Source: Chiloscyllium plagiosum (Eukaryota). From it: DNA of 64,000 nucleotides. Below, one piece after another: positions 47,801 to 59,914 of the stretch; positions within the stretch are counted from its first letter, which is position 1, and every line of letters begins with the position of its first letter. The stretch is from contig NC_057720.1 of the NCBI RefSeq assembly GCF_004010195.1, positions 33,677,503 through 33,741,502 on the forward strand. Direction: 5' to 3'. The notes under the pieces were generated by a model that had not been told where the DNA came from, made no database searches, and was given only the letters and a program-made list of their open reading frames with translations. Made by a program: the position numbers and the translations under genes.

Positions 47801-48794
47801 TTTTTAATATTGTGTTGTGTTGATTAATCACACCATTTGCAATCACACCACCAAATAGAGGAGTGAATTAACATGCTCAGCTTCAGAATTAGTGTTTACT
47901 TTTGAGACAGTGTGACGTCTTAAGAACTATTCCTTCTAAGAAATCTAGTCTTGTGTTCTTAATGAGCCATCTCTGATGTTAAACCTTTGAGGAAGCACCA
48001 TACCTCGTTCCATTTCATCTCAATGTGTTTATTTATTCTTATTAATGTAAGTGTGTTTTAAATCTGTATTATTTCAGTACTGTATATAACCTGCTATTCT
48101 TTAAGTTTGTATATTTATAGTCATCAAATGTAAATTTAAATTGAATTATAGTAGAGCTGTAGTCTCCAACACGTAGATCGCAATGGACTGGTCGACTTGA
48201 GAGTCTCTGACAGTTGATCTTACTGCCTGTCCATATTACCTCACAGTACCTCTGATAGTTGATCTCACTTCTTGCCAGTGTTCCCTTGCCAACGAAACAT
48301 CTGTTGTCATGCCCCTGCATGATTTTCATTTCTGGAATACGCTTAGTTAGAGAACAGTCCATACTTGTCACAGACTTTGCCACCTTGTATTTTTTCCAGG
48401 TTGATCCTATGATTACAGGATAAAGTAAACTTTGTGTTGGCAACACAAACAAATGAATGATAAACTGGAAACTGATGTGTTAAATCAGTATGTTGCTGTA
48501 CTAGAAACATAAGAATCTATTCAGCCCATCATGTCCATGCAGAGCATCTGTAAGAGCAGCTCAGCAAGTACCGCTCATGTGGCTATTCTCTGTCCACCTG
48601 CAGTTATTACTTCACCTATTTATCATTTAGGTCCACCAAATGAAGAAGCATCACTGGACCAAAATGTTGACTCTGCTATTTCTTTGTAGATGCTGCCAGA
48701 CTTGCTGAGTTTTTCCAGTAATTTATGTTTTTGTTATCAATATTCTAAATTTCTGAAAAGAAAGAACTAGAATATTGATGAAAATCTAACTTTT

Positions 48795-49132
48795 TAAAAT
48801 TTGTTCACGGGATAAGGATGTCACTGACCAGGCAACATTTATTGCCCATCCCTAATTGCCCAGACGGCAGTTAAGAGTCAATCACATTGTTGTGGGTCTG
48901 GAGTCACATGTGGGCTAGACCAGGAAAAGATGGCAGTTCTTTTTCCTAAAGGGCATTAGTGAACCAGTTGGATTTTTCTTGACAATCGACAATGGCTTCA
49001 TGGTCATCATTAGATTCCTAATTCAAGATATTTTTATTGAATTCAAATTCCACCATCTGCCATGCCAGGATTGAACCCAGGTCCCTAGACATTATGTGGT
49101 TCCAGCAATAATACCACTAGGCCATCACCTCA
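48795..49132 (-). mobile_element. tRNA-derived SINE (family B) sharing its 3' tail with CR1 family B
   Basis: Reverse complement: tggcctagtggt A box, gggttcaatcc B box, tail gggcaattagggatgggcaataaatg. Confidence 0.8.
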
Positions 49133-50477
49133 CAGTGTTACTGTGGTAAATATTCTAAATACTCATGTATAAGTTTACATATCAGCAGATAAGTCAAAAT
49201 CGGTGTTCATGCTCCATATATGCCTCCCATCTTCTGAATCAATTAGTATATCCATCCATTCCTTTCTCCCTCATGTACTTATCCAGCTTCCCCTTAACCT
49301 GACAAATGTACATTAGGGAAAGATATGTAAATAGATATCCAGGAAGCTACAATTGTAACCTGAGGGTGAAGAAGGTATCAGTGTGATTTTGTTGGTTTTA
49401 AAAAGGTTTTTGGTGATACACTTAATTAGGAACTCTTCTGACCACGAATGGATTTCTGTATTTTAATTGTCTTTCAAGCTCACAGTAATTTCTGCTATAA
49501 GTGCTCTTGAAGAAAATCAATGTTGAGTTTAATGCTATTCAGGTTGTTAAACAGCATCACTGCAGGCTAATGGAGCAAGTCAAAAAAAGCATTTCCAATT
49601 GAAAACACACAAAATCCTATTTGTCAGAAGTGTGAGAAGTTCAGGGAAGGGGAGAAGACATTCCAGAAAAGAAATGACCTACATTTAGATGATGTCTTTA
49701 ATATCGTATGACATCACAAGGTGTCTCATTGGAGTATTAGTAACGAAAACTTGAACTGCTGTTCGAACGACATGCAGTCTTGGATGGACGGAAAGAGATT
49801 GTATCACTGAAATGTCCATGAAGTTGTTATATTGTCAGGTTTGCATATCAGGGCATTTTTACATATCAGTGGTAACTGGTGGTGCACTGTGAATTGGGTT
49901 TAATCGTGTTTTCCTGCAAGCTTGTTAATATCTCATAATCAGTCTGGATTTGGCTTCATAAGTGATAATCCAAGTATGGTTAGGAATAAATTGCAATCAC
50001 AATACAGATTCAGAAATTGGACTGCAAATGTTAATTATCTGCAAATTGGCTTCTCGCTGTCTCTCTTCTTGTGTTGTCCCAAAACATATTTATCTCTAAA
50101 CAATCTCCCTCCACCTTTCCCATCTCCACTAAAGTCTTTTGTGAATGCAGTATGCCCAATGCACTCATACCTGATTTTTTTTTTTGAATTGCTTTCCATT
50201 TCTTTGTTCTTTGACCTTTTTGTACCAGTCCATGGTAAGGAGCACTGAAATGCATTTAAGAAATAACAAGTTAGATTTTTCATTTTGCATACAATGAATG
50301 AATTAAGCTCAATGTCTGCGATTGTGGTAGGGAGAAGGAGCATGGATAACAGTATTGCATCTTCCAGTTTTTCTCAATCTATCCTGGTAGCTGCATCTGG
50401 TTCACATGGTGCATGAAGCACTTTCTATTGAATATAACCCAGTAGTTTTCCTTTTCAATAGAAGATGCTGAGCAATT

Positions 50478-50962
50478 ACATAGCACAGAAACAAACCCTT
50501 CGGTCCAAATCGTCTATGCCGACCAAGTTTCCCAAACTAATTTAGTCCCATTTACCTGCTCTTGGCCCAAATCCTTGTAAACTTTTTCTATTTCATGTAA
50601 CTGTCCAAATGTCTTTTAAATTTTGTCACTGTACCTGCATCTACCAGCCGGATTTGGTCCGGAGGTTCTGTCAATGGTCTGCCCTTCTGGGGCGGAGTGT
50701 CCTCCTTGTTTTGGATGAGATTCAGCAATTTCCAACCGTGGGGAGTTACCACCCTCTGTGTGAAAACGTAGTCCCTCAGATCCCTTTTAATCTTTCTCCT
50801 CTCATCTTAAAAATATGCCCTCTCCCACCGTAAGGAAAAGACCTTTGCTATTCATGTTATCTTTAACCTGCATGATTTTACAACCCTCTGTAAGGTCACC
50901 CGTCAACTTCTTACCTCCAATGAACAAGTCCTAGCCTATCTCGCCTCTCCTTAAAACTCAAG
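50478..50962 (-). mobile_element. CR1 LINE 3' fragment
   Basis: Reverse complement has tggaccgaagggtttgtttctgtgctatg tail and GDLTEG..IM motif. Confidence 0.8.
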
Positions 50963-50964
50963 CG

Positions 50965-51235
50965 GAGTCAATGACCTAGTGGTGTTATCACTAGACTATT
51001 AATCCAGAAACTTAGCTAATGTTTTGGGGACCCACTTTTAAATCCCGCAACAGCAGATGGCGGAATTTGAATTCAAGAACAGAAAAAAACAATCTGGAAT
51101 TAAGAATCTACAGATGACCATGAAGCTATTGTCGAGTATTGGAAAAACCGATCTGGTTTACTAACATCTTTCAGGGAAGGAAACCTGTCATTCTTGCCTG
51201 GTCTGGCCTACATATGATTCTAGACCCACAGCAAA
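50965..51235 (+). mobile_element. tRNA-derived SINE (family B), 3'-truncated at a CR1 insertion
   Basis: Homologous to the reverse complement of 48880-49130 (gaatttgaattc, agggaaggaaa, ggtctggcctacat). Confidence 0.75.
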
Positions 51236-54100
51236 CAGAGTCATAGAGTCATAGAGATGTACAGCATGGAAACAGACCCTTTGGTTCAATCCGTCCATGC
51301 TGACCAGATATTCCAACCCAATTGAGTCCTACCTGCCAGCACCCGGCCCATATCCCTACAAACCCTTCCTATTCATATACCCATCCAAATGCCTTTTAAA
51401 TGTTGCAATTGTACCAGCTTCCACCACATCCTCTGGCAGCTCATTCCATACAGGTACCACCCTCTGCATGAAAACGTCGCCCCTTAGGTCTCTTTTATAT
51501 CTTTCCCCTCTCACCCGAAACCTATGCCCTCTAGTTCTGGACTCCTCGACCCCAGGGAAAAGACTTTGTCTCTTTATCCTATCCATGCCCCTCATAATTT
51601 TGTAAACCTCTCTAAGGTCACCCCTCAGCCTCCGACGCTCCAGGGAAAACAGCCCCAGCCTGTTCAGCCTCTCCCTATAGCCCAGATCCTCCAACCCTGG
51701 CAACATCCTTGTAAATCTTTTCTGAACCCTTTCAAGTTTCACAACATCTTTCCGATAGGNNNNNNNNNNNNNNNNNNNNNNNNNNNNNNNNNNNNNNNNN
51801 NNNNNNNNNNNNNNNNNNNNNNNNNNNNNNNNNNNNNNNNNNNNNNNNNNNNNNNNNNNNNNNNNNNNNNNNNNNNNNNNNNNNNNNNNNNNNNNNNNNN
51901 NNNNNNNNNNNNNNNNNNNNACTGTACCTTTTATGCTCGCATCCAAATCATTTATGTAAATGACAAAAAGTAGAGGACCCAGCACTGATCCTTGTGGCAC
52001 TCCACTGGTCACAGGCCTCCAGTCTGAAAAACAACCCTCCACCACCACCTTTGAGCCAGTTCTGTACCCAAATGGCTAGTTCTCCCTGTATTCCATGAGC
52101 TCTAACCTTGCTAATCAGTCTCCCATGGGGAACCTTGTCGAACGCCTCACTGAAGTCCATATAGATCACATCTACTGTTCTGCCCTCATCAGTCTTCTTT
52201 TGAATCCAATCAGCTTTTGAAAGTTTTTGCCTAATACCGTCAAAATTGACCTTTCTCCAATTTAGAACTTCAATTTTTAGATCGTGTCTATCCTTTTCCA
52301 TCACTATTTTATAACAAATAGAATTATGGTCGCTGGCCCCAAAGTGCTCCCCCACTGACACCTCCCAGCCCTGCCCTGCCCTGCCTTATTTCCCAAGAGT
52401 AGGTCAAGTTTTGCACCTTTTCTAGTAGGTACATCCACATACTGAATCAGAAAATTGTCTTGTACACACTTAAGAAATTCCTCTCCATCTAAACTTTTAA
52501 CACTATAGCAGTCCCACTGGATGTTTGGAAAGTTAAAATCCCCTACCATAACTACCCAATCATTCTTACAGATAGCTGAGATTTCCTTACAAGTTTGTTT
52601 CTCAATTTCCCTCTGACTATTGGGGGGTCTATAATACAATCCCAATAATGTGATCATCCCTTTCTTATTTCTCAGTTCCACCCAAATAACTTCCTTGGAT
52701 GTATTTCCGGAAATATCCTCCCTCAGTACAGCTGTAATGCTATCCTTTATCAAAAATGCCACTCCCCCTCCTCTCTTGCCTCCCTACCAGTCCTGCCCAT
52801 CCCTGAGCCATGTTTCCGTAATTGCTATGATATCCCAGTCCCATGTTCCTAACCATGTTCATCTGCCTTCCCTGTTAGGCCCCTTGCATTGAAATAAATG
52901 CAGTTTAATTTATTAGTCCTACCTTGTCCCTGCCTGCCCTGACTGTTTGACTCACTTCTGTTCTCAGCTGTACCAGTCTCAGATTGATCTCTTTCCCCAC
53001 TATCTCCCTGGGTCCCAGCCCCCACCTTACTATTTTAAATCCTCCCGAGCAGCTCTAGCAAATNNNNNNNNNNNNNNNNNTCAGAGTCTCAACCTTTTCC
53101 CTTCCAATGTCGTTGGTTCCAATGTGGACAATGACCTCCTGCTGGCCCCTCTCCCCCGTGCGCACATTCTGCACCCTCTCTGAGGCATCCTTGATCCTGG
53201 CACCAGGGAAACAACACACCCATTCTGCTTTTTCTCTGCTGGCCACAGAAACGTCTGTCTGTACTTCGGACTACAGAATCCCCTAACACAATTGATCTCT
53301 TGGAAGCCGACATACCCCTCGTTGCATTAGAGCCAGTCTCAGTCCCAGAAACTTGGCTTTTCGTGCCACGTTCCCCTGAGAATCCATCACCCCCTACATT
53401 TTCCAAAACAGCATATCTGTTTGAAATGGGTATATCCACAAAAGACTCCTGCTCTAGCTGCCTACCTCTCTCACCCTTCCTGGAGTTAACCCATCTATGT
53501 GACTGTATCTGAGACTTTCCCCCCTTCCTGTAACTGCCATCCATCACATATTGTTGCTGTTGCAAATTTCTCATTGCTTCTATCTGTCTCTCCAACTGAT
53601 ACACTCAATCTAATAAGATTCGCATCCAACAACATTTATGGCAGATATAATCAGCAGTAACCCTTAAACTCTCTTTAAACTCCCACATCTGACAAGAAGT
53701 ACATATCACTGCAAAGGCCATTTTTGCTCCTTCACAATGTACAGACCCAGAAAATAACACCGTTTTATTTCCCAGGTTAAATTAATAGCTGTGCCTTATA
53801 TTTTAAGTTTAATCAAGAGACTTATCTCCAAAAACATATAATCAAGAAAGAATCCACTATACTCACTACTGCAGCCTTTCTTTTGGACAGACTTAAAACA
53901 ACAATTAACTTCTCTGATTCTGTGCTGTGAACTTCGCCCAACAGTTCCTCCAAGATTAGTTGTGAAATTCACTGTTTGTTAATTTTCCCAGATGCACTCC
54001 GATGTCCAGTGATACACGAATTTAAACAACAAAGGCAGTAACTGTGCAGGTTCTCTCTCTCTCTCTCCTGCACGGTCCTCACCATGTGCTTCCTTTGTCT
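51236..54100 (-). mobile_element. Near full-length CR1 LINE (family A): 5' UTR, ORF1, internally deleted ORF2, 3' tail
   Basis: ORF1 from ATG at 53721; ORF2 APE and RT motifs; tail (tagagtca)n at 51236-51255. Confidence 0.95.
53030..53721 (-). pseudogene. CR1 ORF1 (zinc finger, coiled coil, SGNH/GDSL esterase-like domain), disrupted
   Basis: MAFAVICTSCQMWE...YICHKC (two CxxC), VLGDSVVR, CFPGARIKD, VIVHIGTNDIG; internal stop, frameshift and N gap. Confidence 0.88.
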
Positions 54101-54109
54101 GTTAAAATG

Positions 54110-54600
54110 GCAGAACAAATTACTACAGATGCTGCAATCTGTAGTGAAAACAACAAGTGCTGGAGATCATAGCAGGGCAGTCAGCATCCATGAAGAAAGA
54201 GCAAGCTAACATTTCGAGTCAAGATGACTCTTCATCAGAGCTAAAGTAGAGTGTAGAAGGGACAGCATTTATGCTATGATTGAGGTGGGATTTGCTGGGG
54301 GTAGTGGGTGTTGGTTGCTCTTGAAAAAAGATGTTGATTGTTCAGATTAAGTCATTGGGATGTGAGAATGGCAGAATGATGGTGTGTTTCCTGCCAAGTG
54401 GGATGTGAAAGGAGTGGAGGACATGATAACAAACTAAAAGAAGGGAAAGGAGTGTTCATAATTTCAAGGTGTTGAACTCAGTATTTAGTCCAAAAGGCTA
54501 TAAAATGCCTGGTCTGAAAATGAGATGTTTTTCCTCTAGTTTGTGCTGTGGTTCACTGCAGCACTGCAGCATGCTGAGGACAGACATGGGGGTATTCAGT
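54110..54600 (-). mobile_element. Neptune-type PLE 3' end (GIY-YIG C-terminus and terminal repeat)
   Basis: Minus-strand LEEKHLIFRPGIL*PFGLNTEFNT; terminal hammerhead motif. Confidence 0.8.
54204..54242 (-). ncRNA. Minimal hammerhead ribozyme motif
   Basis: AGCU-CUGAUGA-A-GAGUCA/UCU/UGACUC-GAAA-U-GUU-AGCU: 4-bp stem I, 6-bp stem II. Confidence 0.75.
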
Positions 54601-54689
54601 CATTCAGTTGTACCAATCGCTACATAGTCTTAAAGAAATGGAACCAGGTGGATCACCTGGTATTGACCTAGGTACTGGAAAAGATAATG

Positions 54690-55848
54690 GCAGAAACAGC
54701 CCTGTCAACCCTACAAAGTCCTCCTCATGAACATCTAGTGCCACTATTGGGAAAGCTATCTCCCACTTCCTCCAGACAAAAGGGGTAGCCATGGGCACCC
54801 ACATGTGCCCCAACTATGCCTGTCTCGTTGTTGGCTGCATGGAACAGTCTGTCTTCCACAGTTACACTGGCACCACTTGCCACCTTTTTCTCCGTTATAT
54901 GGATGACTGCATCGGTGCCACCTCATGCTCCCACGAGGAGTTCCTCAACTTCACCAATACTTTCCACCCTGACCTAAAATTCACCTGGACCATCTCTGAC
55001 ACCACTCTTGCCTTCTGGCACCTCTCAACAGTGACTGACTGACTCAACACTGACATTTTCTACAAACCCACCGACTCCCACAGCTACCTGGATTACACCT
55101 CCTCCCAACCTGCCTCTTGCAAAAATACTATCCCTTATTCCCAATTCCTTCGCCTCTGCCGCATCTGTTCGCAAGAGGACCAGTTCCACCACAGAACACA
55201 CCAGAAGGCCTTCTCCATTAATGATGCAATTTCCCTTCCCACATTGTTCATGATGCCCTCCAGCGCATCTCATCCACTTCCTGCACCTCCGCCTTCGAAC
55301 TCACCCCTCCAACTGCAACAAGGACAGAACCCCCCCCGGTCCTCACCTTCCACTCCACCAACCTCCGTATACATTGCATTATCCTCCACCATTTCCACCC
55401 CCTACAAATGGACCCCACTATCAGAGATATATTTCTCTCCCCTCCCCTATCTGCTTTCCATAAAAACCGCGACTACCTCGGCAGGTCCACGTGCCACATT
55501 AACCCACCTTCCCCTGCCACTGCAGGAACTGTAAAACCTGCGCCCATACCTCCCCCCGTACCTCTGTCCAAGACCCCAAAGGAGCCTTCCACATCCATCA
55601 AAGTTTCACCTGCATTTCCACATGTCATTTACTGTATCTGTTGCTCCCGATGCAGTCTCCTCTACTTTGGGGAGAGAGGGCACCTACTCGCAAAGCACTT
55701 CGGAGAATATCTCCGGGACACCCGGACCAGTCAACCCCACTGACCCGTGGCCAAGCACTTAACTCCCCCTCCCACTCTACTGAGAACATGCAAGTCCTGG
55801 GCCTCAGATGCTGTCTGACCTGCTGTGCTTTTCCAGTACCACTCTTGT
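54690..55848 (+). mobile_element. Neptune-type PLE RT and GIY-YIG region, decayed
   Basis: KGVAMGT..PNYACL, FLRYMDDCIG, DIFYKPTDSHSYLDY, VIYCICCSRCSLLYFGE. Confidence 0.9.
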
Positions 55849-55849
55849 C

Positions 55850-58800
55850 TCTCAGACTAGTCAAGCAACAGCTTGACATAGTCATATTCATGGAATCATA
55901 GCTTAGAGCTAATGTCCCTGACATCACTACCTCCTTCCATTGACATATTCTGTCCCACTGGCAGCACAGACCCAGCAGAGGTGGCGGCACAGTAGTATGT
56001 CGTTAGGAGGGAGCTGCCCTCGCAGTGCTCAACATTGACTCTGGAGCCCATGAAATCTCATGGCTTCAGGTTAAACATGGGCGAGGAAACCTCCAATTGA
56101 TTCCCATATACTGTCATCCTTTGGTTGATGAATCAATACTCCTCCATGTTGAATAACACTTTGAGGAAGCAGTGCGGATGGCAAGAGCACAAAATGTACT
56201 CGAGGTGATGCATTTCAATTTCCATCATAAATAGTGGCTCAACAGCAATACTATTGATAGCTGGCCGGGTCCTAAAGGACATAGCTGCTAGACTGGATCA
56301 GCAGCAGGTGGTGAAGGAACCAACAAGACGGAAAAACATGCTTGACTTCGTCCTTACCAATCTGCCAGCTGCAGATACATCTGTCCATGACAGTATTGCT
56401 AAAAGTGACCACTGCACAGATCTTATGGAGACAAAGTCCTGCCCTCACACTGAGAATAACCTCCATTGTGTTGTGTGGCACTATCACTGTGCTAAATGGG
56501 ACAGACTTTGAACAGATCTAGCAGCTCAAGACTGGATGTCCATGAGGTGCTGTGGGCCATCAGCAGACTTGTACTCCAGCATAACCTGCAACATTAGGGC
56601 CCAACATATTCCCTACTCAACCATTACAATCAAGCCAGGGCATCTACGTTGGCTCAATGGAGAGTGCAGGAGGGCATGCCAGGACCAGCACCAGGCATAC
56701 CTAAAAATGAAGTGTCATCCTGGTGAAGTTATTAAACAGAACTACAGAGGAACCTCAATTATCCGAATATGGGAATATCCGAAGGAGATCTCGAGGTCTC
56801 AGTAGAAACATTGCATCAAAGGAGTGTTTCCAACACTGATCGCGTCTTTTGTTTAGAGTGATTAAACAGGCACCGTCTCTAAATAACTGACCTCCCACCC
56901 TCTCTCTCTCTCCCCACCCTTTCCCTGGAGTTCTACACAGGGGTGAACCCTCACACCTCCCGCTCCCCCTTCCCCAGATAATCTTTCCAACATTGTCCTG
57001 TACAGGGCAAACATGGAACCTGTCAAAAAGTTGCAGAAAAGTTGTGTGTGTGTGTATGTGAGAGAATGAGATTTGGAGATGTACCCCACAAAAGCAGCAG
57101 ATAAGACTATTGCTGATGTCCAGTTGGTGGTTGGGAGAGGGGCGGGGTGGGGTTGGACGGGGTTTGGGGGCGGGGGCTCACGCGCTTTGTGCTGGGGTGG
57201 GGGAGGTGGTTGTTGGGGACGGGGTCTTGCACGCTGTGTCCTGCTACAGTCTCCTCAACGGGGAGCAGACTCCAAGCCCCAGAGGAAAGGCATTTAATTG
57301 ATTAACTGAATAATCTCATTCGGATAATCGAGGTTCCCCTGTAGTTGCATGCCAAACAGCATAAGCAGCAAGTGATAGACAGAGCTAAGCGATCCCATAA
57401 CCAATGAATCAAATCTAAGCTCTGCAGTCTTGCCACACCCACTCATGAGTGGTGATGGCCAATTAAATAACTCACTGAAGGAGGAGGCTCCACAAATATC
57501 CCCATTCTCAATGATTGAAAAGCCCAGCACATGTATGCAAAAGATAAAGTTGAAGCATTTTCAGCAATTTTCAGCCACAAGTGCTGGCTCGATGACCAAT
57601 TTCGGCCTCCTCCAGTAGTCCCCAGCATTACAGATACCAGTCTTCAGCCAATTCGATTCACTCCCCGTGATATCAAGAAACGGTTGGAGCCACTGGATAC
57701 TGCAAAGGCTATGAGTCCTGACAGCATTCTGGCAATAGTACTGAAGACTTGTGCTCCAGAACTTGCCACTCCTCTCGCCAGGCTGTTCCAGTGTAGTTGC
57801 AACACTGGAATCTACCTGACAATATGGAAAATTGCACAGGTGTGTGTTGTACATAAAAAGCAGGACAAATCCAACTCAGTCAATTACCACCCCATCAGTC
57901 TACTCTTGATCATCAGTAAAGTGATAGAAGGTGTCATCAACATTTCTATCAGCAGTACTGGCTCAGCAATAACTTACTCTGTGATGCCCAGGTTGGGTTC
58001 TGCTAGGGCCACTCAGCTCCTGAAGTCATTACAGCCTTAGTTCAAACATGGGCTAAAGAATTGAATTCCAGCAGTGACGTGAGAGTTATAGCCCTTGGCC
58101 TCAAGGCTGCAGTTGACTGGGTATGGCATCAAGGAGCCCTGGCAAAACTGGAATCAATGAGTACCAGAGGCAACTCTCCGCTGGTTGGAGTCATATGTGA
58201 CACGTAGGAAGATGGTTGTGGTTGTTGGAGGTCAGTCATCTCAGCTCCAGGACACCTCTGCAGGAGTTCCTGTTTCATCAATGACCTTCACTCCATCATA
58301 AGAGCAGAAGTAGAGATGTTTGCCAATGATTGTGCAATATTCAGCACCATTCGCAACTCTTCAGATACTGAAGCAGTCTATGTTCAAATGCAACAAGACC
58401 TGGACAATGTCCAGGCTTGGGTTGACAAGTGGCAAGGAACATTTGTGCCACAGAAATGCCAGGCTATGACCATTACCAATAAGAGACAATCTAACCACTG
58501 CCCCTTGACATTCAGTGGTGTTACCATCACAGAGTCCCCGACTATCAACATCCTGGAGGTTATCATTGACCAGAAGCTCAGCTGAACTTGTCACATGAAC
58601 GCAGTGGCTAGGAATACTGTGGCAAGTAACTCGCCTGGTTCTCTAAAGCCTGTCCACCACCTACAAGGCACAAGTGTGATGGAATACTCCCCACTTGCCT
58701 GGATGAGTGCAGGCTCCAGCAATATTCCAGAAGCTTGACACCATCCAGGACAAAGCAGCAGGCTTGATTGGCACCATATCCATTCCTCCACCACCAACGC

Positions 58801-59160
58801 TTACTCGCAGCAGTGTGTACTCTCTACAAGATGTACTGCAGAAATTCACCAAAGATCCTCCTCAGCAGCACCTTCTAAATTGACAAACACTTCCATCTTA
58901 GAGGACAAGGGCAGCAGATACGTGAGAACACCACCCCCTTCAACTTCCCCTCCAAGCCACTCACCATCCTGACTTGGAAATATATTGCAGTTCCTTCACT
59001 GTCACTGAGTCAATATCCTGGAATTTACTCCCTCCTGGCATTGTGGGTCAACCTACAGCAGGTGCACTGCAGCAGTTCAAAAAGGCAACTCCCATCACCA
59101 CCTCAAGGGCAATTAGGGACAGGCAATAAATGCTGGCCAGCCATCGATGCCCATGTTCCT
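55850..59160 (+). mobile_element. CR1-clade LINE (family B), ORF2 and 3' UTR, decayed
   Basis: LDFVLTN, SDHC, KAMSPD, NYHPISLL, FAND, WQGTFVPQKC; family B tail. Confidence 0.9.
56745..57341. mobile_element. Tigger/pogo-like MITE (597 bp)
   Basis: 24-bp TIRs cagaggaacctcaattatccgaat / attcggataatcgaggttcccctg (2 mismatches); TA TSD at 56743-44 and 57342-43. Confidence 0.9.
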
Positions 59161-59164
59161 CCCC

Positions 59165-59647
59165 CAAAATGTCCAGTCCTGGCAACATCCTTATAATTAA
59201 TTTTCTGAACCCTCTCCAATTTAATATTATCCTTCCTACACAATACTGCACACAATACTCCCAAAGTGGCCTCACTAAGGTCCTGCACAACTTCGACATG
59301 CCATCCCAACTCCTGTACTCAAAGGCCTGAGCAGTGGGAACAAGTGTGCCAGATATCCTCCTAACCACCCTGACTACCTGTGACACAACCTTCAGGAAAC
59401 TGTGTACCTGAACCTATAGGTCTCTCTGTTTGACAATATTTCCCAGAGCCCTACCATTAACTGTATAAGTCCTGCCTTTGTTCATCTTATCAAAATGCAA
59501 TACCTCGCTTTTATCCAAATTAAACTCCACCTGCCACTCCTCAGCCCATTGGCCCAATTGATCAAGATCTCCTTGTAATCTTAGATAACTTTCTTCACAG
59601 TCTGCAATACCACTAATTTTGATGTCATTCACAAACTTACTAACCAT
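59165..59647 (-). mobile_element. CR1 LINE RT fragment
   Basis: VSKFVNDIKI, WQVEFNLDK, LVRPLWEYCVQ. Confidence 0.85.
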
Positions 59648-59914
59648 GGAACATACTTTGTGGAAATAGACGATTCAGCTAACTGGTGTTTAAATGCTAC
59701 GTATATCACCTTTCACCTTATTTTGTATCATATTTTAACATAACCTTGTATTTCTTTGTCTCTTGTGTTTACCGAGTGTTCCCATACTTATATTATTCAG
59801 CTCAACCATTCCTTGTGGTGGTAAATTCCACATTGTAACTGATCTTTGGTCAGCGATGTTGATTAGATGTTTTAGATTTTTTAAAGTCAATGTGTTCAGA
59901 GATAGTACATGTGA

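Noticed and set aside
48640..48735. Further hammerhead-like remnants (also near 4990, 15145, 22410, 25288, 60036)
   Set aside because: Core nucleotides or stem II are mutated; treated as dead PLE termini, not ribozymes
53030..53721. Host GDSL lipase gene
   Set aside because: Lies directly upstream of CR1 ORF2 in the same orientation and has no introns; it is CR1 ORF1
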